The notes: a model not told the origin generated them from the sequence alone. Positions 40,878 to 51,630 are shown, counted from the stretch's first letter. The stretch: DNA of 64,000 nt from Limnothrix sp. BL-A-16 (GCA_041937175.2 CP166615.1:1536001-1600000), one strand, 5' to 3'. Translations and numbers: made by a program.

Positions 40878-41567
40878 TTAGCTTGAGCGTGCCTGATCCA
40901 ACAAAGCAACCAAATCGTTTTTCTTGGGATTCGGCTTGCTCGCCAGACCATGCAACCGCACCAGATCCTTGAGTTCTTTGACCTTCAAAGACTTCAATAC
41001 TGATAATTCTGGAATGGGTGGCAATGGCGGCGGCGTAATGTAAAAAACGCGCTCTAAATAGTCCAGCTTTGGCCCCTTGGTGATGCCGCACTTCAGCTTT
41101 GTGATTGGCTCCAAGTCTGACCAAGTTTCTCGGGGGGCTTCGCTGATCCGGGGAGCTGCGAGCTGTACTTTCAAGGTTTTGAGCGGTGTGTCTGGCTGAC
41201 TCACCACATATTCCAGTGCTTCAACAATTTGGTCATAGGATGCAGAGCTAAGGTTAATGCGGGGTGCAATTTCTTGCGACAAAACCCGCGCCACCTCGAT
41301 CGCGAGTTCGCTATCTTCCGCCACCACGCACCAAATGCGATCGAGTCCGGCTTCTGCGGCTGCTGAATAAACAAAAGAGTTGCCGATCACTTCATAGTCA
41401 TATTCAGGGTCTTGAATTTCTCGAACCACCACGGGCAACCAGTTTGATCCGCCCGATCGCGTCAGAATGTCTGCTGCTCCTTGCACCAAAAAGCTAGGCG
41501 CGGCTGTGGGCAACCCAGACCGAACTTTGTGCATCCAAAGATGCATCAGATTCCCAACATTGCTCAT
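40878..41567 (-). CDS. ParB/Srx-like N-domain + HhH-like + Rho-N/SAP-like DNA-binding protein
   Basis: PVVVRE...YEVIGNSFVYSAAAEAGL; RINLSSASYDQI; LKSLKVKELKDLVRLHGL...KKNDLVALL. Confidence 0.7.
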   Translation of the reverse strand: MSNVGNLMHLWMHKVRSGLPTAAPSFLVQGAADILTRSGGSNWLPVVVREIQDPEYDYEVIGNSFVYSAAAEAGLDRIWCVVAEDSELAIEVARVLSQEIAPRINLSSASYDQIVEALEYVVSQPDTPLKTLKVQLAAPRISEAPRETWSDLEPITKLKCGITKGPKLDYLERVFYITPPPLPPIPELSVLKSLKVKELKDLVRLHGLASKPNPKKNDLVALLDQARSS

Positions 41568-42940
41568 TGGATGAAGTACTCCTTGGCAAGATTCAGGTAA
41601 TAGTCACGAGCGGTTTTGTGGGCGTAGACTGCTGGCAAGCGCGAGAAGCTGGCTCCAGAAATTTCGGCATGATTTTCCAGCTCAAAAACCCGATAGTCTT
41701 TTCGAGCATTGGTCAATCGTGGAAAAAAGTAGGGTGTAAGGTCAAATTTATAGTCTTTCTTATGGCGTGCAATTAACTCTTCTAGGTAAACTCGCACGCG
41801 CTGGTGCTGAGAATTGGAGAGTTTTTCGCCATTGAAGAAAATCGGAAGGGCGATCGGGCCGCCATCTTGTCGCTTGGCCTGAATGGCTGGAAAGAATTCG
41901 CGAATGGCTTCGGCGGCGTTGTCGATCGAGTAGACATTGTTGGGCTTGACTGGCATCAAGATCACATCGGACGCATAAACCGCCTCTTGGCTGAAATATT
42001 GCCAGTTGGGTGGTGAATCAATAAAGATATAGTCATACTCAGAACGCAGGGAGTCGATGGCTTTCTTGAGCTTGTGATAGCCAATTTTACGAATCAAATC
42101 GTTGATGTCAATGCCCTTGCTATTCGGGTCATCGGTTTTGAGATCTTCAACTTTTGGGGCGGGTAGGATGTCAATGCCATACTCTTTGTTGGCTTTCTTA
42201 TCGAGCTTGCGATAGGTCGCGATCGCCTCATGAATATCAAGTCGATCGTCATCTAAGCAATCAAACAGGGTTGGCGATTGACTGGTCACCTCCAGGGTTT
42301 CTGTTAAGTCCCGTTGGTTTGGGTCAAAATCAATCACCAAGGTTGAATAGCCAATGAAGTTGAGAAGGCTGGCTAGGTTAATGGTGGTGGTGGTTTTGCC
42401 TACGCCGCCTTTGTTGTTGTAAACCGCAACCACCAAGGCGCGGGAAGGTTGGCGCAACAGGGGAGCAATCTGGTCATGAACCACTTGATCGATCGTTTCG
42501 GGTTTGATTTCCAAGCAGGGAGTTGCTGGAAAAATCACCTTATGGTGCTTCCGAAAAAGTTGCATGTGGACTGAATTGATGATCAATCCCCATTGAGCGT
42601 TTTTGCATTTGGGTGCTAGCAGATAGCGCCGCAATTGATTGAAAGTCGATCGATATTGCGGCGTGCCATAGCTTAAATTGCTATCGGTTCCCTTCGCTTC
42701 CACCAGAAAGTAGGGATCCACGGGAGATTGAATAAACGATCGCCCTTCTGAGTCGTCATAGCGTGCGGCAAAGTCAACGTGATCTGCACCCTGGCCCGTG
42801 GCGAATTGGGGAATTCGTTTTTGCTTGTCGAACCCCAAGACATCCATCAGAGCGTCAACAAAGTTCTGGATGACAATTGCCTCAGGAGCGGGAGCGGGCA
42901 CAGTGCGGAGTGCTTGAGCTAGGACTGGTTCATTTGCCAT
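41564..42940 (-). CDS. HsdR-N-like nuclease fused to a ParA/Soj ATPase
   Basis: VDFAAR...LVEAKG...QLRRY, then NNKGGVGKTTT, IDFDPNQ, IFIDSPP. Confidence 0.85.
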   Translation of the reverse strand: MANEPVLAQALRTVPAPAPEAIVIQNFVDALMDVLGFDKQKRIPQFATGQGADHVDFAARYDDSEGRSFIQSPVDPYFLVEAKGTDSNLSYGTPQYRSTFNQLRRYLLAPKCKNAQWGLIINSVHMQLFRKHHKVIFPATPCLEIKPETIDQVVHDQIAPLLRQPSRALVVAVYNNKGGVGKTTTTINLASLLNFIGYSTLVIDFDPNQRDLTETLEVTSQSPTLFDCLDDDRLDIHEAIATYRKLDKKANKEYGIDILPAPKVEDLKTDDPNSKGIDINDLIRKIGYHKLKKAIDSLRSEYDYIFIDSPPNWQYFSQEAVYASDVILMPVKPNNVYSIDNAAEAIREFFPAIQAKRQDGGPIALPIFFNGEKLSNSQHQRVRVYLEELIARHKKDYKFDLTPYFFPRLTNARKDYRVFELENHAEISGASFSRLPAVYAHKTARDYYLNLAKEYFIQ

Positions 42941-42975
42941 AGGACAGTCAAGGAAGTTCGATCGCCCATATCATC

Positions 42976-44370
42976 TTAACGGCGCTCACTCAAAAAGGCG
43001 ACACATTCCACATGGGGCGTTTGGGGGAAAAAGTCCGCTGGCTGCACCCGATCGAGCTGATATTGTCCCTGTTCACAGAGCAGCTTCAAATCTCGGGCCA
43101 GGGTGGCCGGTTTGCAGCTCATGTAAACAATCCGTGCCGGGGCGATCGCCCGCAAGGCTTCAATCACGCCCGGCTCACAACCTTTTCGAGGCGGATCCAG
43201 CAACACCACATCCGGTTGCAGTCCCAATTGGGGCAGCAGATCCGCCACTTTCCCCACCTGAAATTCAACATTGGTGAGCTGGTTGCGTTCGGCGTTGTGG
43301 CGGGCTTGGGTGACGGCTTCCGCTTGGGCTTCCATCCCGATCGCCCGGCCGGCCCGCTGGGCCAAGGGCAGGGTCAGGGTTCCCACGCCGCAATAGGCAT
43401 CCACCAAAATTTCCCGGCCGGTCAGGGCCAGTTGTTGGTGCATGGTTTTCAGCAGCTCTTCGGTTTGGTCGGTGTTCACCTGAAAGAAGGTTTCCGGGCG
43501 AATTTCAAACACCAATCCATTCAGGTGTTCCTCCAGGGCCGGCCGCCCCAGAACGCAGCGGGTTTCGGGCCCAAAAATCACGTTGTTGCGCTGGGGCTGC
43601 TGGTTCACACAGACCCCCACTAATTGCGGAAATTGCTCGCGCCACAGTTCCGCCTGGGTGACCAAACCGGGCAGCGCTTCCCAGTCGCGCACCACCAGGG
43701 TGAGGAGCATTTCGCCCGTGCGCCGCCCAATCCGTAGGGCCAGATGACGCACCGTGCCCGTGTGGGTGGTTTCGTCGTAGGGTTCCCAACCGCTGGCGGT
43801 CAAGTCCTGTTTCACCTGTCGCAGCAGGGGATCGAGTCGATCGTCCTGCACGGGACATTGGTTCAGGTTCACGATTTTGTGGCTGCCCTTTTGGTAATAG
43901 CCCGCACGGATTTGATCATCGGGGCCGGGAGCCACGGGATAGGTGGCTTTGTTGCGGTAGGCCAAGGGGGCCGCGGCGGCCAAAATGGGCAAAACGGGCG
44001 GTTCTTCAAAGCCGCCAAGCCGAGTGAGGGCCTGTTCCACCTGTCGCTGTTTGGCCAGCAGTTGGGATCCATAGGCCACATGCTGCCATTGGCAACCGCC
44101 GCACTTGTCCGCCACGATGCAGCCGGGTCGGACGCGATCGGGCGAAGGATCCAGAATCGACAAAATTTTGGCCCGGGCAAAGGTGGGCTTTACCTGCAAG
44201 AGCCGCACCGATAGGTAGTCACCCGGGACGGTTTCCGGCACAAACACCACCCGATCGGCCCAACGGCCCACGCCATCCCCCGAGTCGGCCAGGTCGGTAA
44301 TTTCCAGCTCGATCGCCGCCCCCTGTTTCCATTCCGGTTGGCTCATCTGATTGTCAAGGGTGGTGGTCAT
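42976..44370 (-). CDS. rlmD: 23S rRNA (uracil-5)-methyltransferase
   Basis: TRAM domain, CIVADKCGGCQWQH, FFQVN, DAYCGVG, LDPPRKG, FFPQTPHVE. Confidence 0.95.
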   Translation of the reverse strand: MTTTLDNQMSQPEWKQGAAIELEITDLADSGDGVGRWADRVVFVPETVPGDYLSVRLLQVKPTFARAKILSILDPSPDRVRPGCIVADKCGGCQWQHVAYGSQLLAKQRQVEQALTRLGGFEEPPVLPILAAAAPLAYRNKATYPVAPGPDDQIRAGYYQKGSHKIVNLNQCPVQDDRLDPLLRQVKQDLTASGWEPYDETTHTGTVRHLALRIGRRTGEMLLTLVVRDWEALPGLVTQAELWREQFPQLVGVCVNQQPQRNNVIFGPETRCVLGRPALEEHLNGLVFEIRPETFFQVNTDQTEELLKTMHQQLALTGREILVDAYCGVGTLTLPLAQRAGRAIGMEAQAEAVTQARHNAERNQLTNVEFQVGKVADLLPQLGLQPDVVLLDPPRKGCEPGVIEALRAIAPARIVYMSCKPATLARDLKLLCEQGQYQLDRVQPADFFPQTPHVECVAFLSERR

Positions 44371-44628
44371 GGCTCGATCGGCCTCAATCTCAATAGCGTG
44401 CAACGGCGGGCCAATGCGGTTGAGTGGCGTTGTGGGCCCTGGGCCTCCGGTCGATCGTGCCCTTGTACCTTGGCGACGGGAAACCGAACCGGCCCGGCGC
44501 AAAGGTGCGGTGATACGATGGAGGCGCGCCACAGCTCGATCGCGTCATGACGCTCGATCGGGCGATCGCCACCGGCCAACTGCATTGGCCCCCATTATCT
44601 CGCCTAGTACGCCACCCGATCGCCTGCC

Positions 44629-47433
44629 ATGTTGAAAGCTCTGCTGGGAGACCCCAACGCCCGCAAACTCAAGCGGTTCCAACCCGACGTGGTGGAAGTC
44701 AACCTCCTTGAAGAGGACATCGCGAAGCTGTCGGACGACGAACTCAGGGGCAAAACCGCCGAATTTCGCCAAAAACTGGCCCAAGCCCGCAACGACAGCG
44801 AACGCAAGGAACTGCTAGACGACATCCTGCCCGAAGCCTTCGCTGTGGTTCGCGAAGCGGGCAAGCGGGTGTTGGGAATGCGCCACTTTGATGTGCAACT
44901 CCTGGGCGGCATTGTGCTGCACAACGGGCAAATTGCAGAAATGAAAACCGGGGAAGGGAAAACCCTGGTGGCCACCCTGCCGTCCTATCTGAATGCCCTC
45001 ACGGGCCGCGGGGTGCATGTGGTGACGGTAAACGATTACTTGGCCCGCCGGGATGCGGAGTGGATGGGCCAGGTGCATCGGTTCCTGGGCCTGTCCGTGG
45101 GGCTGATTCAGCAGGGCATGAGTCCCGAAGAGCGCCGCCGGAACTATGCCTGCGACATCACCTACGCCACCAACAGTGAGCTAGGGTTTGATTATCTGCG
45201 CGACAACATGGCCACCACCATCAACGAAGTGGTGCAGCGGCCCTTTAACTATTGCGTGATTGACGAAGTGGATTCGGTGCTGGTTGATGAGGCCCGCACC
45301 CCGTTGATCATTTCTGGCCAGGTCGATCGCCCCACCGAAAAATATCTGACCGCCGATGAGCTGGTGCGGCAACTGGTGCGCGATGACCACTACGAAGTGG
45401 ACGAAAAAGCCCGCAACGTGATCATGAGCGATGAGGGGTTCATCGCCGCCGAGCAAATGTTGGGGGTTACGGATCTGTTTGATTCGGAAGATCCCTGGGC
45501 CCACTACATCTTCAACGCCCTGAAGGCCAAAGAACTCTACCTGCGGGATGTGAACTACATCGTGCGGGCCGGGGAAGTGGTGATTGTGGATGAATTCACC
45601 GGGCGGGTGATGCCGGGTCGCCGCTGGAGCGACGGCTTGCACCAGGCGATCGAAGCCAAGGAGCGGGTGGAAATCCAAAACGAAACCCAAACCCTCGCTT
45701 CCATCACCTACCAAAACTTCTTCCTGCTCTATCCCAAACTGGCGGGCATGACCGGCACGGCCAAAACCGAAGAGGCCGAGTTTGAGAAGATCTACAACCT
45801 GGAAGTGACGATCATTCCCACCAACCGCACCAACTCGCGGAAGAACTACTCGGATGTGGTTTACAAAACCGAGGTGGCCAAGTGGAAGGCCGTGGCCGAA
45901 GAGTGCTTGGAAATGCACGAAATGGGTCGTCCCGTGTTGGTGGGAACCACGAGCGTTGAAAAGTCGGAATTGCTGTCGGAATTGCTGGCAGAGCGCAATA
46001 TTCCCCACAACCTGCTGAACGCCAAGCCGGAAAACGTGGAGCGGGAGTCGGAAATCGTGGCCCAGGCGGGGCGGCGCGGAGCCGTGACGATCGCCACGAA
46101 CATGGCCGGTCGCGGCACGGACATCATCTTGGGCGGGAACGCGGACTACATGGCCCGGCTGAAGGTGCGGGAATATCTGATGCCCAAGTTGGTGCGCCTG
46201 GAAGAAGAGGATGAGTTTGAAGTGATGCAGGTGGCGGGCCTGAGCGGCCGGCAAAAGGCCCAGGGCTTTGGCAACTCGGGCAAGAAGCGCAAAACCTGGC
46301 AAGCGGCTCCGGAAATTTTCCCCACCCCGATTACGGCCGAGGCGGAAAAGATGCTGAAGGATGCGGTGACCTTCGCGGTCAAGACCTATGGCGAGCGATC
46401 GCTCCCGGAGCTAGAAGCCGAAGAACTGTTGGCGATCGCCTCGGAAAAGGCCCCCACCGATAATGAGGTGGTGCAAGGCCTGCGGGAAGCCTACAACCAA
46501 ATTCGCCGGGAATATGAGGCTTTCACCGACAGCGAGCATGAAGAGGTGATCCAACTGGGTGGCCTGCATGTGATCGGGACGGAGCGCCACGAATCGCGCC
46601 GGATTGATAACCAGTTGCGCGGGCGGGCCGGTCGCCAGGGTGACCCCGGTTCCACTCGGTTTTTCCTGAGCTTGGAAGATAACCTGCTGCGGATCTTTGG
46701 GGGCGATCGGGTGGCTGGCCTGATGCAAATGTTCCGTGTGGAAGAGGACATGCCGATCGAGTCGGGAATGCTGACCCGATCGCTCGAAGGGGCCCAACGA
46801 AAGGTCGAAACCTATTACTACGACATCCGGAAGCAGGTTTTTGAATACGACGAGGTGATGAATAACCAACGTCGCGCCATCTATGCCGAGCGTCGCCGCG
46901 TCCTCGAAGGGGAAGACCTGAAAGAGCGGGTGATTGAATATGCCGAGCGGACAATGTTCGACATTGTGGATGCCTATGTGAACCCCGATTTGCCAGCGGA
47001 GGAATGGAATCTGGAGAAGATGGTGGACAAGGTAAAAGAATTTGTCAGCACCATCCAAGACCTGACTCCCCAACAGATTGAGGATTTCAACCCCACGGAA
47101 ATCAAGACCTTCTTGGCCGAGCAGGTGCGGATTGCCTACGACATCAAGGAAGGGCAAATCGACAGCCTGCGCCCCGGCTTGATGCGGGACGCGGAACGCT
47201 ATTTCATCCTTCAGCAAATTGACACCCTCTGGCGCGAGCACCTGCAACAGATGGATGCGCTGCGGGAAACAGTGGGTCTGCGCGGCTACGGCCAGAAGGA
47301 TCCGCTGGTGGAATACAAGAGCGAAGGCTATGAACTCTTCTTGGACATGATGACCAACATGCGCCGGAACGTGGTTTATTCCCTGTTCCAATTCCAACCG
47401 CAAGTCCAGGAGCGCGAACCGGAAACGGTTTAG
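44629..47433 (+). CDS. secA: Preprotein translocase subunit SecA
   Basis: [44 protein letters not shown]. Confidence 0.99.
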   Translation: MLKALLGDPNARKLKRFQPDVVEVNLLEEDIAKLSDDELRGKTAEFRQKLAQARNDSERKELLDDILPEAFAVVREAGKRVLGMRHFDVQLLGGIVLHNGQIAEMKTGEGKTLVATLPSYLNALTGRGVHVVTVNDYLARRDAEWMGQVHRFLGLSVGLIQQGMSPEERRRNYACDITYATNSELGFDYLRDNMATTINEVVQRPFNYCVIDEVDSVLVDEARTPLIISGQVDRPTEKYLTADELVRQLVRDDHYEVDEKARNVIMSDEGFIAAEQMLGVTDLFDSEDPWAHYIFNALKAKELYLRDVNYIVRAGEVVIVDEFTGRVMPGRRWSDGLHQAIEAKERVEIQNETQTLASITYQNFFLLYPKLAGMTGTAKTEEAEFEKIYNLEVTIIPTNRTNSRKNYSDVVYKTEVAKWKAVAEECLEMHEMGRPVLVGTTSVEKSELLSELLAERNIPHNLLNAKPENVERESEIVAQAGRRGAVTIATNMAGRGTDIILGGNADYMARLKVREYLMPKLVRLEEEDEFEVMQVAGLSGRQKAQGFGNSGKKRKTWQAAPEIFPTPITAEAEKMLKDAVTFAVKTYGERSLPELEAEELLAIASEKAPTDNEVVQGLREAYNQIRREYEAFTDSEHEEVIQLGGLHVIGTERHESRRIDNQLRGRAGRQGDPGSTRFFLSLEDNLLRIFGGDRVAGLMQMFRVEEDMPIESGMLTRSLEGAQRKVETYYYDIRKQVFEYDEVMNNQRRAIYAERRRVLEGEDLKERVIEYAERTMFDIVDAYVNPDLPAEEWNLEKMVDKVKEFVSTIQDLTPQQIEDFNPTEIKTFLAEQVRIAYDIKEGQIDSLRPGLMRDAERYFILQQIDTLWREHLQQMDALRETVGLRGYGQKDPLVEYKSEGYELFLDMMTNMRRNVVYSLFQFQPQVQEREPETV

Positions 47434-47453
47434 GGCAGATTTCGACAGCCCCA

Positions 47454-47602
47454 GAGGATATCTGAGGAGTCGCTTGGGGCGCTTGCAAAACACCAGTCGT
47501 CGTTTAGGCAAGGGGCTTAAGCCCCTTGTCTGTGTTGACCGCTTGTCTGTGTTGATCAATCGAGATTCACAAGGTTGCCGTTTTGGCTGTGCAGATATCC
47601 TC
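47454..47602. mobile_element. MITE family A copy between convergent secA and xseA
   Basis: TIRs GAGGATATCTG / CAGATATCCTC; flanks CCA and TCA; palindrome at 47509-47528. Confidence 0.82.
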
Positions 47603-48883
47603 TCAAGGCGACTGCTTAAGGTCGATCGAGAGCTGCGCGATCTCGGGTGGGGGCGGAACCACCTTCACCTCCAACCAACCATCGGCCAACTGAATTCGGA
47701 GCCGATCGCCCGGTTGGGTTTGGGCCGCCCGCCGGACGATCGCCCCTTGATCATCACGCACCAAGCTATAGCCCCGTTGCAACACTTGGTGTGGATCCAG
47801 CGATCGGAGGGTCTGGTTCAGGGCCCGTTGCCGCTGCTGTTCCCGATCGAGTCGGTGTTGCATGGCCATGCAACACCGCCGCCGAAGATCAGTCAACCGC
47901 TCCGTTTCCCGCTGCCATTGACGATCGGGGCGCAGCCGTCCCAACCGTTGCTGGAGCAGATCCACCCGATCGAGTCGCCCTTGCAAGTAGCGATCCATGG
48001 CTAACTTCAGGCCCAAGGCCTGTTCCGCCCAGCGGTTACGCAACTCCACCAGGCTCGGCACGGCCCGTTCCGCTGCGGCCGTGGGCGTGTGGGCACACCA
48101 GTCCGCCACCTGATCGCAAAGGGACTGATCCCGTTGGTGACCAATGCCGGTGATCACTGGAATCGGACAGTCTGCCAGGGTTCGCACCAGTTGCTCATCG
48201 TTGAAGCAGGACAAATCCTCCGTGGCCCCGCCGCCCCGGGCCAAAATCAGCAGATCGGCTCGACCATCCACCACCACTTGCGCGATCGCCCGGATCAGAC
48301 TGATCGGGGCCCGATCGCCCTGCACCAAAGCGGGCACAAACAACACCTGCAAACCGGGATGGCGCTGAAGCAAGGTGCGCTGGATGTCTCCCCAGGCCGC
48401 CGCCCGGGGAGACGTGATCACCGCCACGGTTTGGGGAAAAGCGGGCAGGGGCCGACGGCGATCGGGATCAAACAACCCTTCGGCGGCTAGGCGATCGTGC
48501 AGTTGTTGCATTCGCAGGGCCTGCAAACCTGCCCCGGCCGGCAACAGTTGCCAGGTCACTAGTTTCAGCTCGCCCCGTTTGGGCCAAAGCTGCAATTCTC
48601 CCAAGGCGATCACCTGCTGACCCGGTTCGGGCAAGCTCGCCAGTCGATCGACCTGACCTCGCCACACCACACAGCCGATCGCGGCCGTTGCCTCCCGATC
48701 GGTCAAGGTGAAATAGATGCCGCTGGGAAACGGCTTGGCACTGGACACCTCCCCAATCACCCAAACCCGATGAAACGCCGGTTCCGCCTCCACGCAATCC
48801 TTCAACCACTGGTTGAGGGTGGCCACTGACCAAGGTTCCGTGGCACTGCTGGGGGGCAACTCCGCAGCCCAATCTTCCGCCAT
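47603..48883 (-). CDS. xseA: Exodeoxyribonuclease VII large subunit
   Basis: WVIGEVS, YFTLTD, ARGGGATEDL, GIGHQRD, TPTAAAE, LQRGYS. Confidence 0.96.
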   Translation of the reverse strand: MAEDWAAELPPSSATEPWSVATLNQWLKDCVEAEPAFHRVWVIGEVSSAKPFPSGIYFTLTDREATAAIGCVVWRGQVDRLASLPEPGQQVIALGELQLWPKRGELKLVTWQLLPAGAGLQALRMQQLHDRLAAEGLFDPDRRRPLPAFPQTVAVITSPRAAAWGDIQRTLLQRHPGLQVLFVPALVQGDRAPISLIRAIAQVVVDGRADLLILARGGGATEDLSCFNDEQLVRTLADCPIPVITGIGHQRDQSLCDQVADWCAHTPTAAAERAVPSLVELRNRWAEQALGLKLAMDRYLQGRLDRVDLLQQRLGRLRPDRQWQRETERLTDLRRRCCMAMQHRLDREQQRQRALNQTLRSLDPHQVLQRGYSLVRDDQGAIVRRAAQTQPGDRLRIQLADGWLEVKVVPPPPEIAQLSIDLKQSP

Positions 48884-48886
48884 GGC

Positions 48887-49468
48887 CTATGGCTCCTGGG
48901 GACGGGCCGCCAAAATCCGTTCCACCAAACCGCTGGTGCTGCTAGGCACTTCAATTTGCACCAGCTCAATGCGGCCACCTCCGGCAAAGACGGCCGGCGC
49001 TTCCGGCAAGGTTTCCACCCGATAATCGCCCCCTTTGGCATAGATGTCGGGTTGCAACGCTTCGATCAGCGCCGTGGCCGTGGGTTGCTCAAAAATCACC
49101 ACCGCCGCCACCGCCCGCAGCGCCAACAACACCTCCGCCCGCTGGGCTTGGGGCACGATCGGGCGAGGAGGGAAACCGGGCCGCGCTGGTTTCAAGCCCG
49201 CCACCGATTGATCGCTGTTCAATCCCACCACCAACGATCGCCCCAGTGCGCGCGCCGCGTTCAGGTAGCGCACATGGCCCGCATGGAGCAAATCAAAACA
49301 GCCATTGGTGAACACCAACGGTCGCCAGCGATCGGGATTCTGGGCGATCGCCCGTTGCAGTCCTGCCAAATCGCTCACCATTGAGGGCAACTCGGATTCT
49401 TCCATCAGGCTCGGAGCTACCAGGGCGATCGACTGAGCGGCATCTTCAACGGCTAAGGGGGCGGTCAT
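48887..49468 (-). CDS. Cytidyltransferase-like protein (RfaE/HldE domain II type)
   Basis: VFTNGCFDLLHAGHVRYL, VGLNSD, KGGDY, STSGL. The ORF start at 49579 lies inside a MITE. Confidence 0.9.
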   Translation of the reverse strand: MTAPLAVEDAAQSIALVAPSLMEESELPSMVSDLAGLQRAIAQNPDRWRPLVFTNGCFDLLHAGHVRYLNAARALGRSLVVGLNSDQSVAGLKPARPGFPPRPIVPQAQRAEVLLALRAVAAVVIFEQPTATALIEALQPDIYAKGGDYRVETLPEAPAVFAGGGRIELVQIEVPSSTSGLVERILAARPQEP

Positions 49469-49508
49469 GGGGAGAATTTCGGGGCTTAATTTCAGGATTT
49501 GATCGTTA

Positions 49509-49652
49509 GAGGATGTCTGAGAAGTATCTTTTGGCCTGTGCCAAACACCAATAGTTGTGGGCAATAGTTGTGGGGGCAAGGGGCTTAAGCCCCTTGTCTA
49601 CGTCGATCACTGGAGCGTACAGAGTAGCAATTTTGGCTTTTCAGACATCTTC
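49509..49652. mobile_element. MITE family A, best-preserved copy (144 bp)
   Basis: TIRs GAGGATGTCTGAGAAG / CTTTTCAGACATCTTC; TTA duplication at 49506-49508 and 49653-49655; palindrome at 49577-49596. Confidence 0.88.
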
Positions 49653-49714
49653 TTAGGAGATTGGTTGCAAATCAGTGGTTGGAAGTCAGTCGCTTTCAAG
49701 CACTTGCAAGCCAC

Positions 49715-50548
49715 CTAACTTTCCTGCTTCACGGCACTTTCATGCCAATCTTTGAGAAGGGCATCGGACAGGGCCGAAAGACCCACAAAAATCACAATCC
49801 CCAAGCCCGTCACCAATAACAATGCTGCAAACATTTTCGGAATTTGCAGATTGTAACTGGCAATCAGAATTTGATAGGCAATTCCCGATTTTGCGCCACC
49901 GGTTCCGGCCACAAATTCCGCCACCACGGCCCCAATGAGTGACAGGCCACCGCTGATTCGTAAGCCCCCTAAAAAGTAGGGCAACGCGCTGGGTAACCGG
50001 AGATAAATCAATCGTTGCCAGGGATTGGTGTTATAGAGCTTGAAGAGATTAGTTAGGTTGCGATCGACGCTGTTTAGCCCCAAGGTGGTGTTAGCGACAA
50101 CTGGAAAAAAGGCCGCAATCCAGGCACAAAGTACCAATGCGCCTAGAGTATTATCCTTGAGCCAAATCACAATCAGCGGCGCGATCGCCACCAAGGGTGT
50201 GGTTTGCAAAATCACCGCATAGGGAAACAGGCTTCGTTCAATCCACTTGTTCACCGTAAACAGCACGGAAATCCCTAGGCCAGAAACCGCCGCCGCAAAA
50301 AATGCAATGACCGTAATTTGCAACGTCACCATCAAGGAAGAAAACAGCTCATTCCAGTTTTCAAAGAGGGTTTGCAACACCAAACCAGGCCGAGGGAGTA
50401 GATAGGGTGGCAGTCCGGTGATTTGGACAAATAAATCCCAAGCCAACAGAAAAGCCAATCCCACCCCCAAGGGGGCCAACACGTCGGCGGAAAAAACACG
50501 TTGAATGAGCGATCGCTTGGGAACGAGGGAAGAACGACTGCGATTCAT
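49715..50548 (-). CDS. NitT/TauT family ABC transporter permease
   Basis: LQTTPLVAIAPL, LRLPSALPY, GAVVAEF. Confidence 0.93.
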   Translation of the reverse strand: MNRSRSSLVPKRSLIQRVFSADVLAPLGVGLAFLLAWDLFVQITGLPPYLLPRPGLVLQTLFENWNELFSSLMVTLQITVIAFFAAAVSGLGISVLFTVNKWIERSLFPYAVILQTTPLVAIAPLIVIWLKDNTLGALVLCAWIAAFFPVVANTTLGLNSVDRNLTNLFKLYNTNPWQRLIYLRLPSALPYFLGGLRISGGLSLIGAVVAEFVAGTGGAKSGIAYQILIASYNLQIPKMFAALLLVTGLGIVIFVGLSALSDALLKDWHESAVKQES

Positions 50549-50814
50549 AGGCCTTAAATTGCGGGAATAATTCAGAAGATTCAGGATCAGGAAGGAATGC
50601 TCAAAACCGATCTTTCAGCGGTTTTTCAGCAGTTCTCAAGCAGTTTTTAAGGGGTCGCTGGGCGGTTCTGGAATAATTTTAGGGAGTTTTCCAGCCATTC
50701 AAAACCGGAATTTTGCAATCCAAGCTCAGTCAATGCTCAGTTGATTTTGAGTAAATTTGGGTAAATTGGGGCAAATTCGCAAAATTGACATTTGCACCAT
50801 TCCCATTGACACCC

Positions 50815-51630
50815 TTACAAAGGAACCGTCGCACCCATTCCGAGGGCCAACGCTTCCGCCAATTGATAGCGATATTGACCAAAAGTTGGAGATTGACGAA
50901 ACGTTTCCGATCGGGGATAGGGTTCGGGAATATCCAGCTCCGTGACGATCCGCCCGGGATTAACCCCCATTACTGCCACCCGCGTTGATAGATAAACCGC
51001 TTCATAGATGTTGTGGGTGACAAAAGCGATCGTCCAGCGCTTTTGATGCCACAGGTTCATCACGTCTTCGTTCAGTTTGTTGCGGGTAATTTCATCCAGG
51101 GCCCCAAAGGGTTCATCCATCAACAACACCTTGGGTTGGGTGACGATCGCCCGGGCAATCGAAACCCGCATTTTCATCCCGCCGGATAGTTGCCGGGGAA
51201 AGGATTTTTCAAACCCCTGTAGCCCCACCAGCTCGATCGCCTCCGCCACACGGTCTTCGCTGGCCGATCGGGAAATTCCCGCCAACTTCAACGGCAACCG
51301 AATATTTTCTTGCACTGTCGCCCAAGGCAACAAGGCAGCATCTTGGAACACAAAGGCCAAATTCCGGCGAGCGTCTGGCATCTGCCAAGTCAAATCACCT
51401 TGGGTGGGGCTGCTCAGACCCGCAATCAAGCTCAAAATGGTGCTTTTCCCACAACCGGAGGGCCCCACCAAGCTCAAAAACTCACCCTCGTGGATCGTGA
51501 GGGATACGTCTTGCAGGGCAACGGTTCCCGTGGAAAAAGCCTTGGTGACGTTGCTCAGGGAAATGGCGGGTTGCAAGGTCGATCGCGCTGGAGGAAGGGT
51601 GGAACTCACGGGGCAGGCACTCAAAAACAA
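50815..51630 (-). CDS. NitT/TauT family ABC transporter ATP-binding protein
   Basis: GPSGCGKST, LSGGMKMR, LMDEPFGALD, VTH. Confidence 0.94.
   Translation of the reverse strand: MFLSACPVSSTLPPARSTLQPAISLSNVTKAFSTGTVALQDVSLTIHEGEFLSLVGPSGCGKSTILSLIAGLSSPTQGDLTWQMPDARRNLAFVFQDAALLPWATVQENIRLPLKLAGISRSASEDRVAEAIELVGLQGFEKSFPRQLSGGMKMRVSIARAIVTQPKVLLMDEPFGALDEITRNKLNEDVMNLWHQKRWTIAFVTHNIYEAVYLSTRVAVMGVNPGRIVTELDIPEPYPRSETFRQSPTFGQYRYQLAEALALGMGATVPL

Noticed and set aside
41564..42940. ParA as evidence of an integrated plasmid or prophage
   Set aside because: No rep, integrase, att sites or phage genes; flanked by the core genes rlmD and secA.
2429..47559. Long antisense ORFs (2429-3361, 5098-6354, 45181-46302, 46411-47559)
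   Set aside because: Shadow frames opposite well-supported GC-rich genes, with no motifs of their own.
13923..48004. Short ORFs containing KGLKPLV (13923-14174, 20627-20815, 47474-48004)
   Set aside because: These are translations of the DNA palindrome or MITE and overlap real genes or repeats.
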